Source: Alphaproteobacteria bacterium (GTDB lineage: Bacteria; Pseudomonadota; Alphaproteobacteria; JAJFFI01). From it: a stretch of 64,000 nt of DNA. Made by a program: the position numbers and the translations under genes. Location: NCBI GenBank assembly GCA_030066595.1, contig JASJBI010000023.1:85717-149716 (forward strand). The letters run 5' to 3'. The notes beneath the pieces are model-generated. The model had not been told where the DNA came from and made no database searches. It worked only from the letters and a program-made list of their open reading frames with translations. Of the stretch, positions 55,377-64,000 are shown in pieces (the stretch's first letter is position 1; each line of letters begins with the position of its first letter).

Positions 55377-57062
55377 GTGATCTTCGACAACATCCTGGCG
55401 GCGAGCGGCGCGATCTTCGAGATCGGCACCATCGCGCTCATGTTCCTGGGCGTGACCGCGGGGCTGATCGCCGGCGCCATTCCGGGCTTCACCATCGCCA
55501 TGGCGGTCGTGCTGACCCTGCCCTTCACCTTCGGCATGACCGCGGTCCAGGGCGTGGCGACCATGATCGGCGTTCTGGTCGGCGGCCTGTCGGGCGGGCT
55601 CATGGCCGGCATGCTCACGGGCATTCCTGGCACGCCGTCCTCGGTCGCGACCACCTTCGACGGCTTCCCCATGGCGCGCAAGGGCCGGCCGGGCCTGGCC
55701 CTCGGTCTGGGCGTCTGGTCGTCCTTTTTCGGCGGCATCATCGGCGCCATCGTGCTGGTCACCCTGGCGCCGCAGCTCGCCCGGGTCGGCCTCGAGTTCG
55801 GCCCCTGGGACTACTTCGCGCTGGTCATGTTCGCGCTCACCATCACCGCGAGCCTGGCCGGCGACAATCTGCTCAAGGGGCTGATCGCCGGCGCGCTCGG
55901 GCTCTTGGCCGCGACCATCGGCGAGGACGAGGTGAATGGCGTCGCCCGCTTCACCTTCGGCGCGGACGCCTTCGAGCAGGGTTTCGCTTTCCTGCCGGTC
56001 CTCGTCGGGCTGTTCGCCTTCAGCCAGCTGCTCTCGGACGTCAAGGACCGGGACAAGGCGCTCGAGCCGCTCATGGCCAGGGGCACCAAGGCGGTCCGGG
56101 TCGAGCACCGTAGGGCGATCGTCGAGGTGCTCAAGCGCTGGACCACGCTCCTGCGCTCGGCCCTGATCGGCGTCTTCACGGGCATCCTGCCGGGCGCCGG
56201 CAGCTCGGTCTCGAACATCCTCGCCTACGATCAGGCCAAGAAGGCGTCGAAGACCCCGGAGGACTTCGGCAGCGGCATCCCCGACGGCATCGTCGCACCG
56301 GAATCCTCGAACAACGCGACCGAGGGCGGCGCGCTCATTATGCTGATGGCGCTGGGCATCCCCGGCGACGTGATCACGGCGGTGATGCTGGGCGCGCTCC
56401 TGATCCACGACGTCATCCCGAGCCCGTCCTTCATCTCGGACGAGCCGGTGCTGGCCTACAGCATCTTCATCGCCTTCTTCCTGGCGCATTTCATCATGGT
56501 CACCATGCAGGCGGTCTGCCTGCGCGCCTTCGTGTTGATCACCCGGGTGCCCATGTATGTGCTGGCGGCGATCATCCTGGCCTATTGCGCGATCGGCGTG
56601 TTCGCCCTGAACAACGTGGAGTTCGACCTCTGGACGCTGTTCATCTTCGGCGTCATCGGCTACCTGCTGCGCTCGTTGGGCTTTCCGCTCGCGCCGATGA
56701 TCCTGGGCGTGGTGCTGGGCAACATCGCCGAGCTGAACCTGAACCGCGCCTGGTCGATCGAGCCCAGCCTGACGCCTTTCCTGACCCGCCCCTGGTCGCT
56801 CCTGTTCTTCACCTTCGCGCTCTTCTCGGCCGCCTTCCCCTGGTACCAGAAGCACCGCCGGGAGATGAAGTGGACGCTCGTCTATCTGCCGCTCTTCTGC
56901 ATCGCGGTGTCGGGACCGCTGGCGCTGATGGACGGATGGGTCCGCCCGGTGCTGGGCGCCGGCCTCCTGGTGTTCGGTACCGTCACCCTCGTGCGCCGAG
57001 CCCGGGCCGGCTGGCGGATCGAGCGCCCGCCCGCGCCACCCTCCCGGAGCGAAGAGACTTAG
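55377..57062 (+). CDS. tctA: tripartite tricarboxylate transporter TctA-family large membrane protein
   Basis: 561 aa polytopic; GTG start; typical TctA Gly-rich segments (GVLVGGLSGGLMAGMLTGIPG). Confidence 0.85.
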   Translation: MIFDNILAASGAIFEIGTIALMFLGVTAGLIAGAIPGFTIAMAVVLTLPFTFGMTAVQGVATMIGVLVGGLSGGLMAGMLTGIPGTPSSVATTFDGFPMARKGRPGLALGLGVWSSFFGGIIGAIVLVTLAPQLARVGLEFGPWDYFALVMFALTITASLAGDNLLKGLIAGALGLLAATIGEDEVNGVARFTFGADAFEQGFAFLPVLVGLFAFSQLLSDVKDRDKALEPLMARGTKAVRVEHRRAIVEVLKRWTTLLRSALIGVFTGILPGAGSSVSNILAYDQAKKASKTPEDFGSGIPDGIVAPESSNNATEGGALIMLMALGIPGDVITAVMLGALLIHDVIPSPSFISDEPVLAYSIFIAFFLAHFIMVTMQAVCLRAFVLITRVPMYVLAAIILAYCAIGVFALNNVEFDLWTLFIFGVIGYLLRSLGFPLAPMILGVVLGNIAELNLNRAWSIEPSLTPFLTRPWSLLFFTFALFSAAFPWYQKHRREMKWTLVYLPLFCIAVSGPLALMDGWVRPVLGAGLLVFGTVTLVRRARAGWRIERPPAPPSRSEET

Positions 57063-57066
57063 CCCG

Positions 57067-58377
57067 CTAGCCGCCGTACAGATACGACACGGCGATCACC
57101 GCGCCCACGATGCCGGCGAGGTCGGCGGTCAGCGCCGCGGCCAGCCCGTGCCGCACGCGGCGGATGCCGACCGCGCCGAAATAGACCGCGAGCACGTAGA
57201 AGGTGGTCTCGGTCGAGCCCTGGAAAGTGCTGACCAGATAGCCGGTGTAGCTGTCCGGGCCGATCGCCGGGTCCTGGATGATCGAGGCCAGGATACCATA
57301 GGCGCCCGAGCCCGAGAGCGGGCGCAACAGCGCCATCGGCAGGGCGTCGGCCGGCAGCCCGACGAGCTCGGTCACCGCGCCCAAGGGCACGATCAGGAGA
57401 TCCATCGCGCCCGAGGCCCGGAACATGCCGACCGCGACCAGGATGGCGACCAGATAGGGGATGATGCGCAGCGCCACCTGGAAGCCGTCCTTGGCGCCCT
57501 CGACGAACACCTCGTAGACGGGCACGCCGCGGACGAAGCCGAAGCCGAGCAGCAGCAGCATCAGGCCGGGGATGATCCAGGGGGAGATCGCCGCGCCGAA
57601 CAGGATCGCCAGCGGGATCAGGGTCACCACCACGATCAGCGCGAGCCAGGAGACCCAGGCGGGATAGGCGGCCGAGGCCTCGCCCGGCAGCGCGCCCGCA
57701 TGCGCAGCCGGCGCCGAAGCTTCGGGGGCACCGGGTTCTTCGAACGCCGGCGCCACCGGCACCGCGGAGAAGCGCTGATACATCTTGGCCGCGATGATCG
57801 CGACCGTGGTCGAGCAGATGGTGGCGAAGAGCGTGGTCGGCAGGATGCCGGCCGGATCGCCGGAGCCTGCGGCGGCGCGCAGTGCGATCACGCCGGTCGG
57901 CAACAGCGTTACGCTCGAGGTGTTGATGGCGAGGAACAGCACCATGGCGTTGGTCGCGGTGCCCTTGTGCGGGTTGAGGCCGTCGAGCTCCTGCATGGCG
58001 CGGATGCCGAAGGGCGTTGCCGCATTGCCCAGCCCCAGCGCGTTGGCCGACATGTTCAGGATCATGGCCCCCATGGCCGGGTGATCGGCGGGCACCTCGG
58101 GGAAAAGCCGGACCATGAGGGGCCGCACCACCCGCGCGATGATCGCCAGCAGACCGCCCGCCTCGGCCACCTTCATCAGTCCCAGGAACAGCGCCATCAC
58201 GCCGACCAGTCCCAGGGCCAGGGTGACCGAGCCCTTGGCCGATTCGATCATGGCCGTGGCCAGCGCCTGCATCGGCGCCTCGACCTCCGGGCCACCCGTG
58301 GGCGGCGTCCAGCTCACCTGGCGCCAGGCCGCGACCAAGAAGGAGACCAGCACGATGGCGAAGAAGATGACGTTCAC
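57067..58377 (-). CDS. nucleoside-recognition (Gate) domain membrane protein (fused SpmA/SpmB-like)
   Basis: 436 aa, two Gate-domain halves separated by an Ala/Pro-rich linker. Confidence 0.75.
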   Translation of the reverse strand: MNVIFFAIVLVSFLVAAWRQVSWTPPTGGPEVEAPMQALATAMIESAKGSVTLALGLVGVMALFLGLMKVAEAGGLLAIIARVVRPLMVRLFPEVPADHPAMGAMILNMSANALGLGNAATPFGIRAMQELDGLNPHKGTATNAMVLFLAINTSSVTLLPTGVIALRAAAGSGDPAGILPTTLFATICSTTVAIIAAKMYQRFSAVPVAPAFEEPGAPEASAPAAHAGALPGEASAAYPAWVSWLALIVVVTLIPLAILFGAAISPWIIPGLMLLLLGFGFVRGVPVYEVFVEGAKDGFQVALRIIPYLVAILVAVGMFRASGAMDLLIVPLGAVTELVGLPADALPMALLRPLSGSGAYGILASIIQDPAIGPDSYTGYLVSTFQGSTETTFYVLAVYFGAVGIRRVRHGLAAALTADLAGIVGAVIAVSYLYGG

Positions 58378-58482
58378 GGCGCGTCCGTCGGTTTGCCGGC
58401 GCGCAGGTGCCCGCGCACAGGGCCGGATCGATGACGGCTGATCATAGAAGCGGCCCCGGAGGCGGGAAAAGCGGCTTCTCGG

Positions 58483-59103
58483 CTAGCGCCGCCCGCGTCT
58501 CGGTCGCGGCGGCGATTTGCGTGGAACTTCAACCCAGACATAGCCGAGCTCGTCGCTGCCCGGCTTGCGTTCGTAGCGCAAGACCCAGCTGCGCCCGTTC
58601 CGTGAATCGAACAGCAGATTGATTCGCGGATCGCCGATGTTGATGTCGCGCTGGGCCTGATGGAGCTCGAGGATCACGAACTGGCCGCGCCGGGAGGACC
58701 GCGCCACCGGTGCGGCGCCCGGAGCCGGCCGCGGCCCGGTCGTGATCAGCGGCCGGGGCCCCGGTCCCGGTCGCTCGGGGCGCGGCCCGGATGGAAGCGG
58801 GGACGGCGTCGTCTGCGATGCCTGCGGGGCCGGCGAGGTCCGCGGGACCTCAGAGGTCCGCGGGCCCGTCGTAGGCTGCGGGGTCTGCGTCGCCTCGGGA
58901 GCTTCGCTCTTCTGCACGGCTTCGCTCCTCTGCGACGCAGGCGTCTTGCCATTTGCCTGCTTCGACCTCGGCGGATCGAGCGGCACGATCAAGGGCGCCG
59001 GCGTGCCCGTGGGGCCCGACGGCTGCCCGGTTTCCGCGACGGCCTGGCCCGCAAGGGCGACACACAGCAAGGCCGCAAATGGAATCTGATGCCGGCTTGT
59101 CAT
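58483..59103 (-). CDS. secreted Pro/Ser/Thr-rich hypothetical protein
   Basis: Signal peptide FAALLCVALAGQAVA; low-complexity P-rich middle; structured C-terminal ~70 aa. Confidence 0.5.
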   Translation of the reverse strand: MTSRHQIPFAALLCVALAGQAVAETGQPSGPTGTPAPLIVPLDPPRSKQANGKTPASQRSEAVQKSEAPEATQTPQPTTGPRTSEVPRTSPAPQASQTTPSPLPSGPRPERPGPGPRPLITTGPRPAPGAAPVARSSRRGQFVILELHQAQRDINIGDPRINLLFDSRNGRSWVLRYERKPGSDELGYVWVEVPRKSPPRPRRGRR

Positions 59104-59195
59104 GGTTTACGGTTCTGCATGCAAAGGCGCCCAGCTCCGCGCGCCCGGAGCCTAGCAAGCAAGTGATTAACCGGATGTGAAGAGGTCATGCCCGG

Positions 59196-60455
59196 TCACC
59201 TCCGCCGGGTCATGATCGCCGCCACGATCGCCCCGCCGGCGCACAACGCCGCCATGGCGAAATAGGCTGCGCCCCCTGCCGCCCCGTAGAGCACACCGGC
59301 GAGCGGGATCACGATGCCCGCGGCGACGCCCATGACGATCGACGAGTAGAGGCTCTGCGCCGAGGCCGACTCGCTGGCCGGCACCGTGCGCGCGATGAAG
59401 GTCATGGCCGCGAGATGCGCGGCGCCGAAGGTGAAGGCGTGCAGGCATTGCACGACGAGCAGCGCGGGCAAAGCGGTGGTCAGAGCGGTCACGGTCCAGC
59501 GCAGCACGCCGGCAAGACCGGCCAAGAGCAGGAGCGGAACCGGTCCGATCCGCTGGAGCACGGCGGCGCCGGCGGCGAACAGGATGACTTCGGCCAGCAC
59601 GCCGAGCGCCCAGAGCGCGCCGATGAGGCTGGAGGACAGGCCGGCGGCCTGCCAGTGCAGGGTGGCGAAGCCGTAGTAGACGGCGTGGCTGGTCTGCACG
59701 AGCGAGGCCGCCAGCAGCATCAACAGAAAGCCCCGATCGCCCATCAGGCGGCGCAGGGGTGTTGTCGGCCTCGCAGCACCCTGCGGCGCGTCGCCTTTGG
59801 ATATGTCCGCGCCTGCGGACGGCTGCTTCGCCTGTCCCACGGCGACCCGCACATCGGGCAGCAGGAAACAGGCGCCCAGGATCAACACCGCGCCGGCAAT
59901 GACGCACCAGAGGATGATTGAGGCGGAGGCGTCCGCCAGCAGCCAGCCGCCACCCATGGCGCCGGCGATGAAGGTCAGCGAGCCCCAGAGCCTCACCCGG
60001 CCATAGGCGAAGCGCCCTTCGCGCGCCGCCAGCAGCGTGACGTTCTCGCCCAGCGGCCCAAGCGCGCCGATCGCCCCGAAGGCCAGCACGGTGACGGCCG
60101 CCAGCGCCGCAAAACCGGACACGAGGGCAAACAGCACATAGCCGGCCAGACCGATCAGCGCCAGCGCGATCATGGTTTGCCGCCGCGCGCCGGTCCGGTC
60201 GGCCACATGGGCGACCGCCGGATTGATCAGCACCTTGGCGACCAATCCGATCGCAACCAGCGTGCCGATCTCGGCCGGTCCCATGCCGCGCGACGCCAGC
60301 CAGACGGGCCAGAACGGCAGCTGCAGCCCCATCAGGAGAAAAAGTGCGCTATAGTAGGCCGCGAGCCGGGCCGGAACGGCGCGACCCCAGCGTCGCGCGG
60401 GGTCGGATGAAAACGCCTCAATCATCTTCGGATCCTGTCCGACCGCAGCAGCCAT
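59196..60455 (-). CDS. MFS transporter
   Basis: 419 aa, 12 TM, MFS loop 2-3 motif (ADRTGARRQ). Confidence 0.8.
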   Translation of the reverse strand: MAAAVGQDPKMIEAFSSDPARRWGRAVPARLAAYYSALFLLMGLQLPFWPVWLASRGMGPAEIGTLVAIGLVAKVLINPAVAHVADRTGARRQTMIALALIGLAGYVLFALVSGFAALAAVTVLAFGAIGALGPLGENVTLLAAREGRFAYGRVRLWGSLTFIAGAMGGGWLLADASASIILWCVIAGAVLILGACFLLPDVRVAVGQAKQPSAGADISKGDAPQGAARPTTPLRRLMGDRGFLLMLLAASLVQTSHAVYYGFATLHWQAAGLSSSLIGALWALGVLAEVILFAAGAAVLQRIGPVPLLLLAGLAGVLRWTVTALTTALPALLVVQCLHAFTFGAAHLAAMTFIARTVPASESASAQSLYSSIVMGVAAGIVIPLAGVLYGAAGGAAYFAMAALCAGGAIVAAIMTRRR

Positions 60456-60486
60456 CTGCAGACAAACAACTATCCCATTCTGGCAA

Positions 60487-61695
60487 TTGCGGAACTATTC
60501 CAAAGGTCCCTATGATGACGTTGCGTCTGTCGGGCACGAACGACACGGCCCGGCGGACCGATGGGGGGAGCAGGCTCTGAAGGTTCTGCACGTCATCACC
60601 GACCTGGGCGTCGGTGGCGCCGAGACCATGTTGGCCTCGCTGCTGATGACCGACGGCGTCGGACGGGACGCACATGTCGTCAGTTTGCTGCCCGGAGGGG
60701 AGCTTCGCGACCGGCTGGCTGAGGCAGGCATCCCTGTGTACGACCTGGGCATGCGGCGCGGTGGCATAACCGTGGCCGGCATCTGGCGGTTGGCCCAAAT
60801 CATCCGCCGGGTCAGGCCCGCCGTGGTGCAAAGCTGGATGTATCACGCGGATCTCGTCTCGCTGCTGGCGCTCATCCTGTCCGGCCGGCGTGGCTCCACC
60901 ACGCTGGTCTGGGGCATTCGCTGCTCGGACATGGATACCAGCAAGTATGGTCGCGCGCTCAAGACGGTAATCCGGACCTGCGTCCTCTTGTCGCGGCTGC
61001 CGGACGCGGTCGTCGCCAACTCGCAAGCCGGCGCTGACGTGCATCGCGGGCTGGGCTATCGGCCGCGGACCCTGGAGGTGGTCTGGAACGGCATCGACAG
61101 CAAGCGTTTCTGCCCCGACCCCGAGGCTCGCGCGGCGGTTCGAGAGGAACTGGGCATCGCGCCCGACCGGGTGGTGCTGGCGCATGTGGCGCGGGTCGAC
61201 CCGATGAAAGACCATGCTTCCTTCCTGGCCGCATTGGAGCGACTGCCCGGAGTGACCGCCCTGACCATCGGGACCGGAACGGAAAGCCTGCCGGAGCGAC
61301 CCAACCTGCTGCGCCTTGGGCGGCGCGACGACGTCTCGCGGTTGCTCGCCGCGAGCGACATCATCGTCTCGTCCTCGGCCTTCGGCGAAGGCTTCTCGAA
61401 TGCCATTGCGGAAGGCATGGCCGCCGATCTGCCGGCCGTCGCCACCGATGTGGGCGACGCCCGCGTCATCGTGGGCCGGGCCGGACGCATCGTGCCGCCC
61501 GGCGATCCGGCCGCGCTGGCGGAGGCGGTCGCCGAGCTGGTCGCTCTGGGCCCGGGCGGCCGGGCCCAGCTGGGCGCGCGAACACGCATTGCGACGACCT
61601 TTCCGTTGAGCCGGGCGGCCGATGAGTTCGCTGCCCTGTACCAGCGGCTCGGTGCGGACAAGCGCACGGCGGCCAACCAAGCTGTTGAGGCTTAG
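60487..61695 (+). CDS. glycosyltransferase family 4 (GT-B, group 1)
   Basis: N-terminal KVLHVITDLGVGGAE, C-terminal EGFSNAIAEGMAADLPAVATDVG (E-X7-E region). True start may be a non-ATG codon just before LKVLHV. Confidence 0.8.
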   Translation: MRNYSKGPYDDVASVGHERHGPADRWGEQALKVLHVITDLGVGGAETMLASLLMTDGVGRDAHVVSLLPGGELRDRLAEAGIPVYDLGMRRGGITVAGIWRLAQIIRRVRPAVVQSWMYHADLVSLLALILSGRRGSTTLVWGIRCSDMDTSKYGRALKTVIRTCVLLSRLPDAVVANSQAGADVHRGLGYRPRTLEVVWNGIDSKRFCPDPEARAAVREELGIAPDRVVLAHVARVDPMKDHASFLAALERLPGVTALTIGTGTESLPERPNLLRLGRRDDVSRLLAASDIIVSSSAFGEGFSNAIAEGMAADLPAVATDVGDARVIVGRAGRIVPPGDPAALAEAVAELVALGPGGRAQLGARTRIATTFPLSRAADEFAALYQRLGADKRTAANQAVEA

Positions 61696-61807
61696 GCCCT
61701 TTACCCTGCGAGAGCTCCGGGACGGGCGCGCTTGACACGGTTCTCACCGCCCGTGACACTGACCGTCCCAACAAAGACAAAAGTCATAATCGATAGGGGA
61801 GGACGTC

Positions 61808-63115
61808 ATGAAGATTCCGCACATCCGGCGACTCGCGCTGGCCAGTATGGCCACCCTGGCGCTCGTGGCGCTGCCAATCGCGGCCCAGGCGGAGAAGGAG
61901 GTGAAGGTCGGGGTGATCTTCGACTATTCCGGGCCGCTCGCAGGCGGCGGATCGGAAGCCGGCGGCGTGGCCACCAAGATCGCCGTCGACCTGGTCAACG
62001 AGCGCGGCGGCATCGAGGGATACAAGATCAACGCCATCTACGCCGACGCCCAAAGCAAACCCGACATCGCGATCAACGAGGCTGAGCGGCTCCTGAACCA
62101 GGAGAAGGTCGACCTGCTGCTGGGCTTCTATTCGAGCGCGCAGTGCGTGCCGGTGGCCGCCAAGGTGGACGCGCTCAAGCAGTTCATGTGGGCGAACATC
62201 TGCATCTCGTCGGCGGTCTTCAAGGACCGGAACCTGAAATACGTCTTCCGGCCGCAGGTGCATTCCGATCAATACGGCGTCGCCTCGGTGCAGTTCGTCT
62301 CGGAGGTCGCCAAGGAGAAGCTGGACACGCCGCTGGCCGACCTGCGCGTCGCGATCATTCACGAGGACGGCCCCTATGGCAGCGGCGTCGCCTCCGGCAA
62401 CGACAAGGCGGCCAAGGAAAAGGGCATGAAGGTGGTCCTCAACGAGGGCTACGCCGCCACCGCGCCCGATCTCAGCTCGCTCATCACCAAGCTCAAGCGG
62501 GCCAAGCCCGACGTGATCCTGCACACCGGCTACAACCCGGACATCACATTGTTCTTCCGCCAGGCGCGGGAGCTGGGCTTGCGCTTCAAGATGCTGATCG
62601 GGCATGGCGCCGGTTACGCGCAGATCGACAAGCTGATCGACACCTTCGGCGAGGATGTGAACCACGTGTTCAACGTCGACCCGGTCGCGGCGCAACTGCT
62701 CGACCCGGCGACGCTCAAGCCTGGTCTCGGAGACCTCACCTCAGAGCTCGTTAAGCGGTATAAGCTTGCCAAAGGCGTCAAGGAGGTCCCGCCGCACGCC
62801 AGCATGGGATTCAATCACACCTGGATCTTTCTGAACGACGTGCTGCCGCGCGCCATCAAACAGCATGGCGGCATCGATCCGGAGGCGCTCCGCAAGGCGG
62901 CGCTCGAGACCGACATCCCGGACGGCGGAACGATCCAGGGCTACGGCGTGAAGTTCTTCCCGGCCGGGCATCAGATGGCCGGACAGAACGAGCGCTCGAC
63001 ACCGGTGGTCATGCAGTACATCGACGGAGAGACCAAGATCGCATGGCCGAAGGCGATCCGCACGGTCGACCCGGTGGTGCCGCTGCCGGCGGCGTCGCCC
63101 TACGCCGCGAAGTAG
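61808..63115 (+). CDS. ABC transporter substrate-binding protein (LivK/branched-chain amino acid type I PBP family)
   Basis: Signal peptide; type I PBP pattern (KVGVIFDYSGPLAGGG..., DLLLGFYSSAQC...). Confidence 0.85.
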   Translation: MKIPHIRRLALASMATLALVALPIAAQAEKEVKVGVIFDYSGPLAGGGSEAGGVATKIAVDLVNERGGIEGYKINAIYADAQSKPDIAINEAERLLNQEKVDLLLGFYSSAQCVPVAAKVDALKQFMWANICISSAVFKDRNLKYVFRPQVHSDQYGVASVQFVSEVAKEKLDTPLADLRVAIIHEDGPYGSGVASGNDKAAKEKGMKVVLNEGYAATAPDLSSLITKLKRAKPDVILHTGYNPDITLFFRQARELGLRFKMLIGHGAGYAQIDKLIDTFGEDVNHVFNVDPVAAQLLDPATLKPGLGDLTSELVKRYKLAKGVKEVPPHASMGFNHTWIFLNDVLPRAIKQHGGIDPEALRKAALETDIPDGGTIQGYGVKFFPAGHQMAGQNERSTPVVMQYIDGETKIAWPKAIRTVDPVVPLPAASPYAAK

Positions 63116-63140
63116 GCGCTCGTACGGCCGATCCCGAGCG

Positions 63141-63902
63141 GTGCTCGCGGTCCAGGATCTTACGAAGCAGTTCGGCGGCTTCGTCGCCGTGAACCGCGTC
63201 TCGTTCGCGGTCGAGGAGGGTGAGATCCTGGGCCTGATCGGCCCCAACGGGTCCGGCAAGAGCACGGTCTTCAACGTGGTCGCGGGGACGCTGCCGCTGA
63301 CGGCCGGGTCGGTCCGCTTCGAAGGCAAGGAGATCGGCGGCCTGCCGCCGGACCAGGTCTGCCATCGGGGTATCGCGCGCACCTTCCAAATCCCGCGCCC
63401 GTTCAAGCGGCTGTCGCTGCTCGAGAACGTCGCGGTTTCGGCTTTCTATGGCCAGAACCGCGACATCTCGCGCAGCCGCGCCTGGGAGCAGGCCGAGGAG
63501 GCCTTGGCGCTGGTCAAGCTGCCCACCGAGGCCACGGCCACGGTCGATGCGCTCGGGGCCGCCGGCCTGAAGAAGCTCGAGCTTGCCCGCGCGCTCGCCA
63601 CGCAGCCGAAGCTGGTGCTGGCCGACGAAAGCCTGGGCGGGCTCGACGAGGCCGAGATGGAGCAGGCCGCCGACATGCTGCAGGACATTCGCCGGCAGAA
63701 GGGCATCACCATCATCTGGGTCGAGCACATCATGGGGGTGTTGATGCGCGTGGTCGATCGCGTGATCGTGCTGGACCACGGCGAGAAGATCGCCGAGGGC
63801 CTGCCGCGGGCGGTGGCGGAGGACCCGCGGGTCATCGAGGTGTATCTCGGTCGCCAAGGCACCGCGGCGGCCGCAGCGGCCGACGCCGCGCGGCCGTCCT
63901 GA
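63141..63902 (+). CDS. ABC transporter ATP-binding protein (LivG-like)
   Basis: Walker A GPNGSGKST, Q-loop, signature LGGLDE-type region, Walker B LVLADE. Confidence 0.85.
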   Translation: MLAVQDLTKQFGGFVAVNRVSFAVEEGEILGLIGPNGSGKSTVFNVVAGTLPLTAGSVRFEGKEIGGLPPDQVCHRGIARTFQIPRPFKRLSLLENVAVSAFYGQNRDISRSRAWEQAEEALALVKLPTEATATVDALGAAGLKKLELARALATQPKLVLADESLGGLDEAEMEQAADMLQDIRRQKGITIIWVEHIMGVLMRVVDRVIVLDHGEKIAEGLPRAVAEDPRVIEVYLGRQGTAAAAAADAARPS

Positions 63903-63913
63903 GGCTGGCGGCC

Positions 63914-64000
63914 CGTGCTCGAACTACGCTCCGTCTCGGCCCGCTACGGCAGCTTTCAGGCCCTGTTCGACGTCTCGCTCGACGTGCGCGCGGGCGAGGC
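63914..64000 (+). CDS. ABC transporter ATP-binding protein (LivF-like), 5' fragment running off window
   Basis: GTG start 12 nt after the livG stop; VLELRSVSARYGSFQALFDVSLDVRAGE is the typical LivF N-terminus. Confidence 0.5.

Noticed and set aside
63141-64000. Apparent absence of LivH/LivM permease genes after the LivK-like SBP
   Set aside because: The operon continues past the window end (livG then livF fragment). Permeases are probably downstream, so nothing can be concluded.
1-64000. Mobile elements, integrases, tRNA/rRNA genes, CRISPR arrays
   Set aside because: I found no transposase, integrase or recombinase-like ORF. Intergenic spacers are short (mostly under 250 nt) and none contains a tRNA-like T-loop (GTTCGAATC-type) cloverleaf or the expected repeats. 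Absence is judged by eye only.

Overview
This is a high-GC (~68%) chromosomal segment that looks alphaproteobacterial, judging by its gene content (hemA-type ALA synthase, an NdvC-like GH17 protein, TctCBA, RIME/REP-like palindromes). It is densely packed with about 55 protein-coding genes. I found no rRNA, tRNA, CRISPR array, transposase or integrase.

Content from start to end:
- A PotABCD-like ABC importer operon (minus strand), followed by hemA.
- A MetV/MetF-type two-gene methylenetetrahydrofolate reductase unit and a GlxA/AraC regulator.
- An NdvC-like GH17 membrane protein and a class III nucleotide cyclase.
- A dimethylglycine-dehydrogenase-like gene (FAD oxidase domain plus GcvT-C domain).
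- An acyl-CoA synthetase plus ThDP-enzyme pair bracketed by a 45-bp direct repeat.
- An OYE/4Fe-4S/FAD demethylase-like oxidoreductase.
- A patch with lower GC in places, full of small secreted or hypothetical proteins, containing a PhyH-like gene next to a GcvT-family aminomethyltransferase.
- A second PotABCD-like operon that ends in an Asp/Glu/hydantoin racemase and a GNAT acetyltransferase.
- An aminotransferase and an NhaP-type antiporter fused to a cNMP-binding domain.
- A BCCT betaine-type transporter and an NfeD-stomatin pair.
- Three tandem paralogous adenylate-forming ligase genes.
- A conserved operon of unknown function (aspartate-DH-like, tandem DUF427, cyclophilin-like, SixA-like).
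- TctCBA, an MFS transporter, a GT4 glycosyltransferase and the start of a LivKGF-type transporter.

The most interesting candidates for an undescribed system are three: (i) the nadX-like/DUF427/cyclophilin-like/SixA operon with the convergent ligase triplet and the divergent TctCBA; (ii) the co-localised THF-dependent demethylation/C1 gene set (dimethylglycine-dehydrogenase-like, GcvT-family, OYE demethylase-like, MetV-MetF, BCCT); and (iii) the repeat-bracketed ligase plus ThDP-lyase cassette. Gene boundaries come from the supplied ORF track, with starts refined from motifs and ribosome-binding sites. Functions are inferred from sequence motifs I recognise, without any database search.
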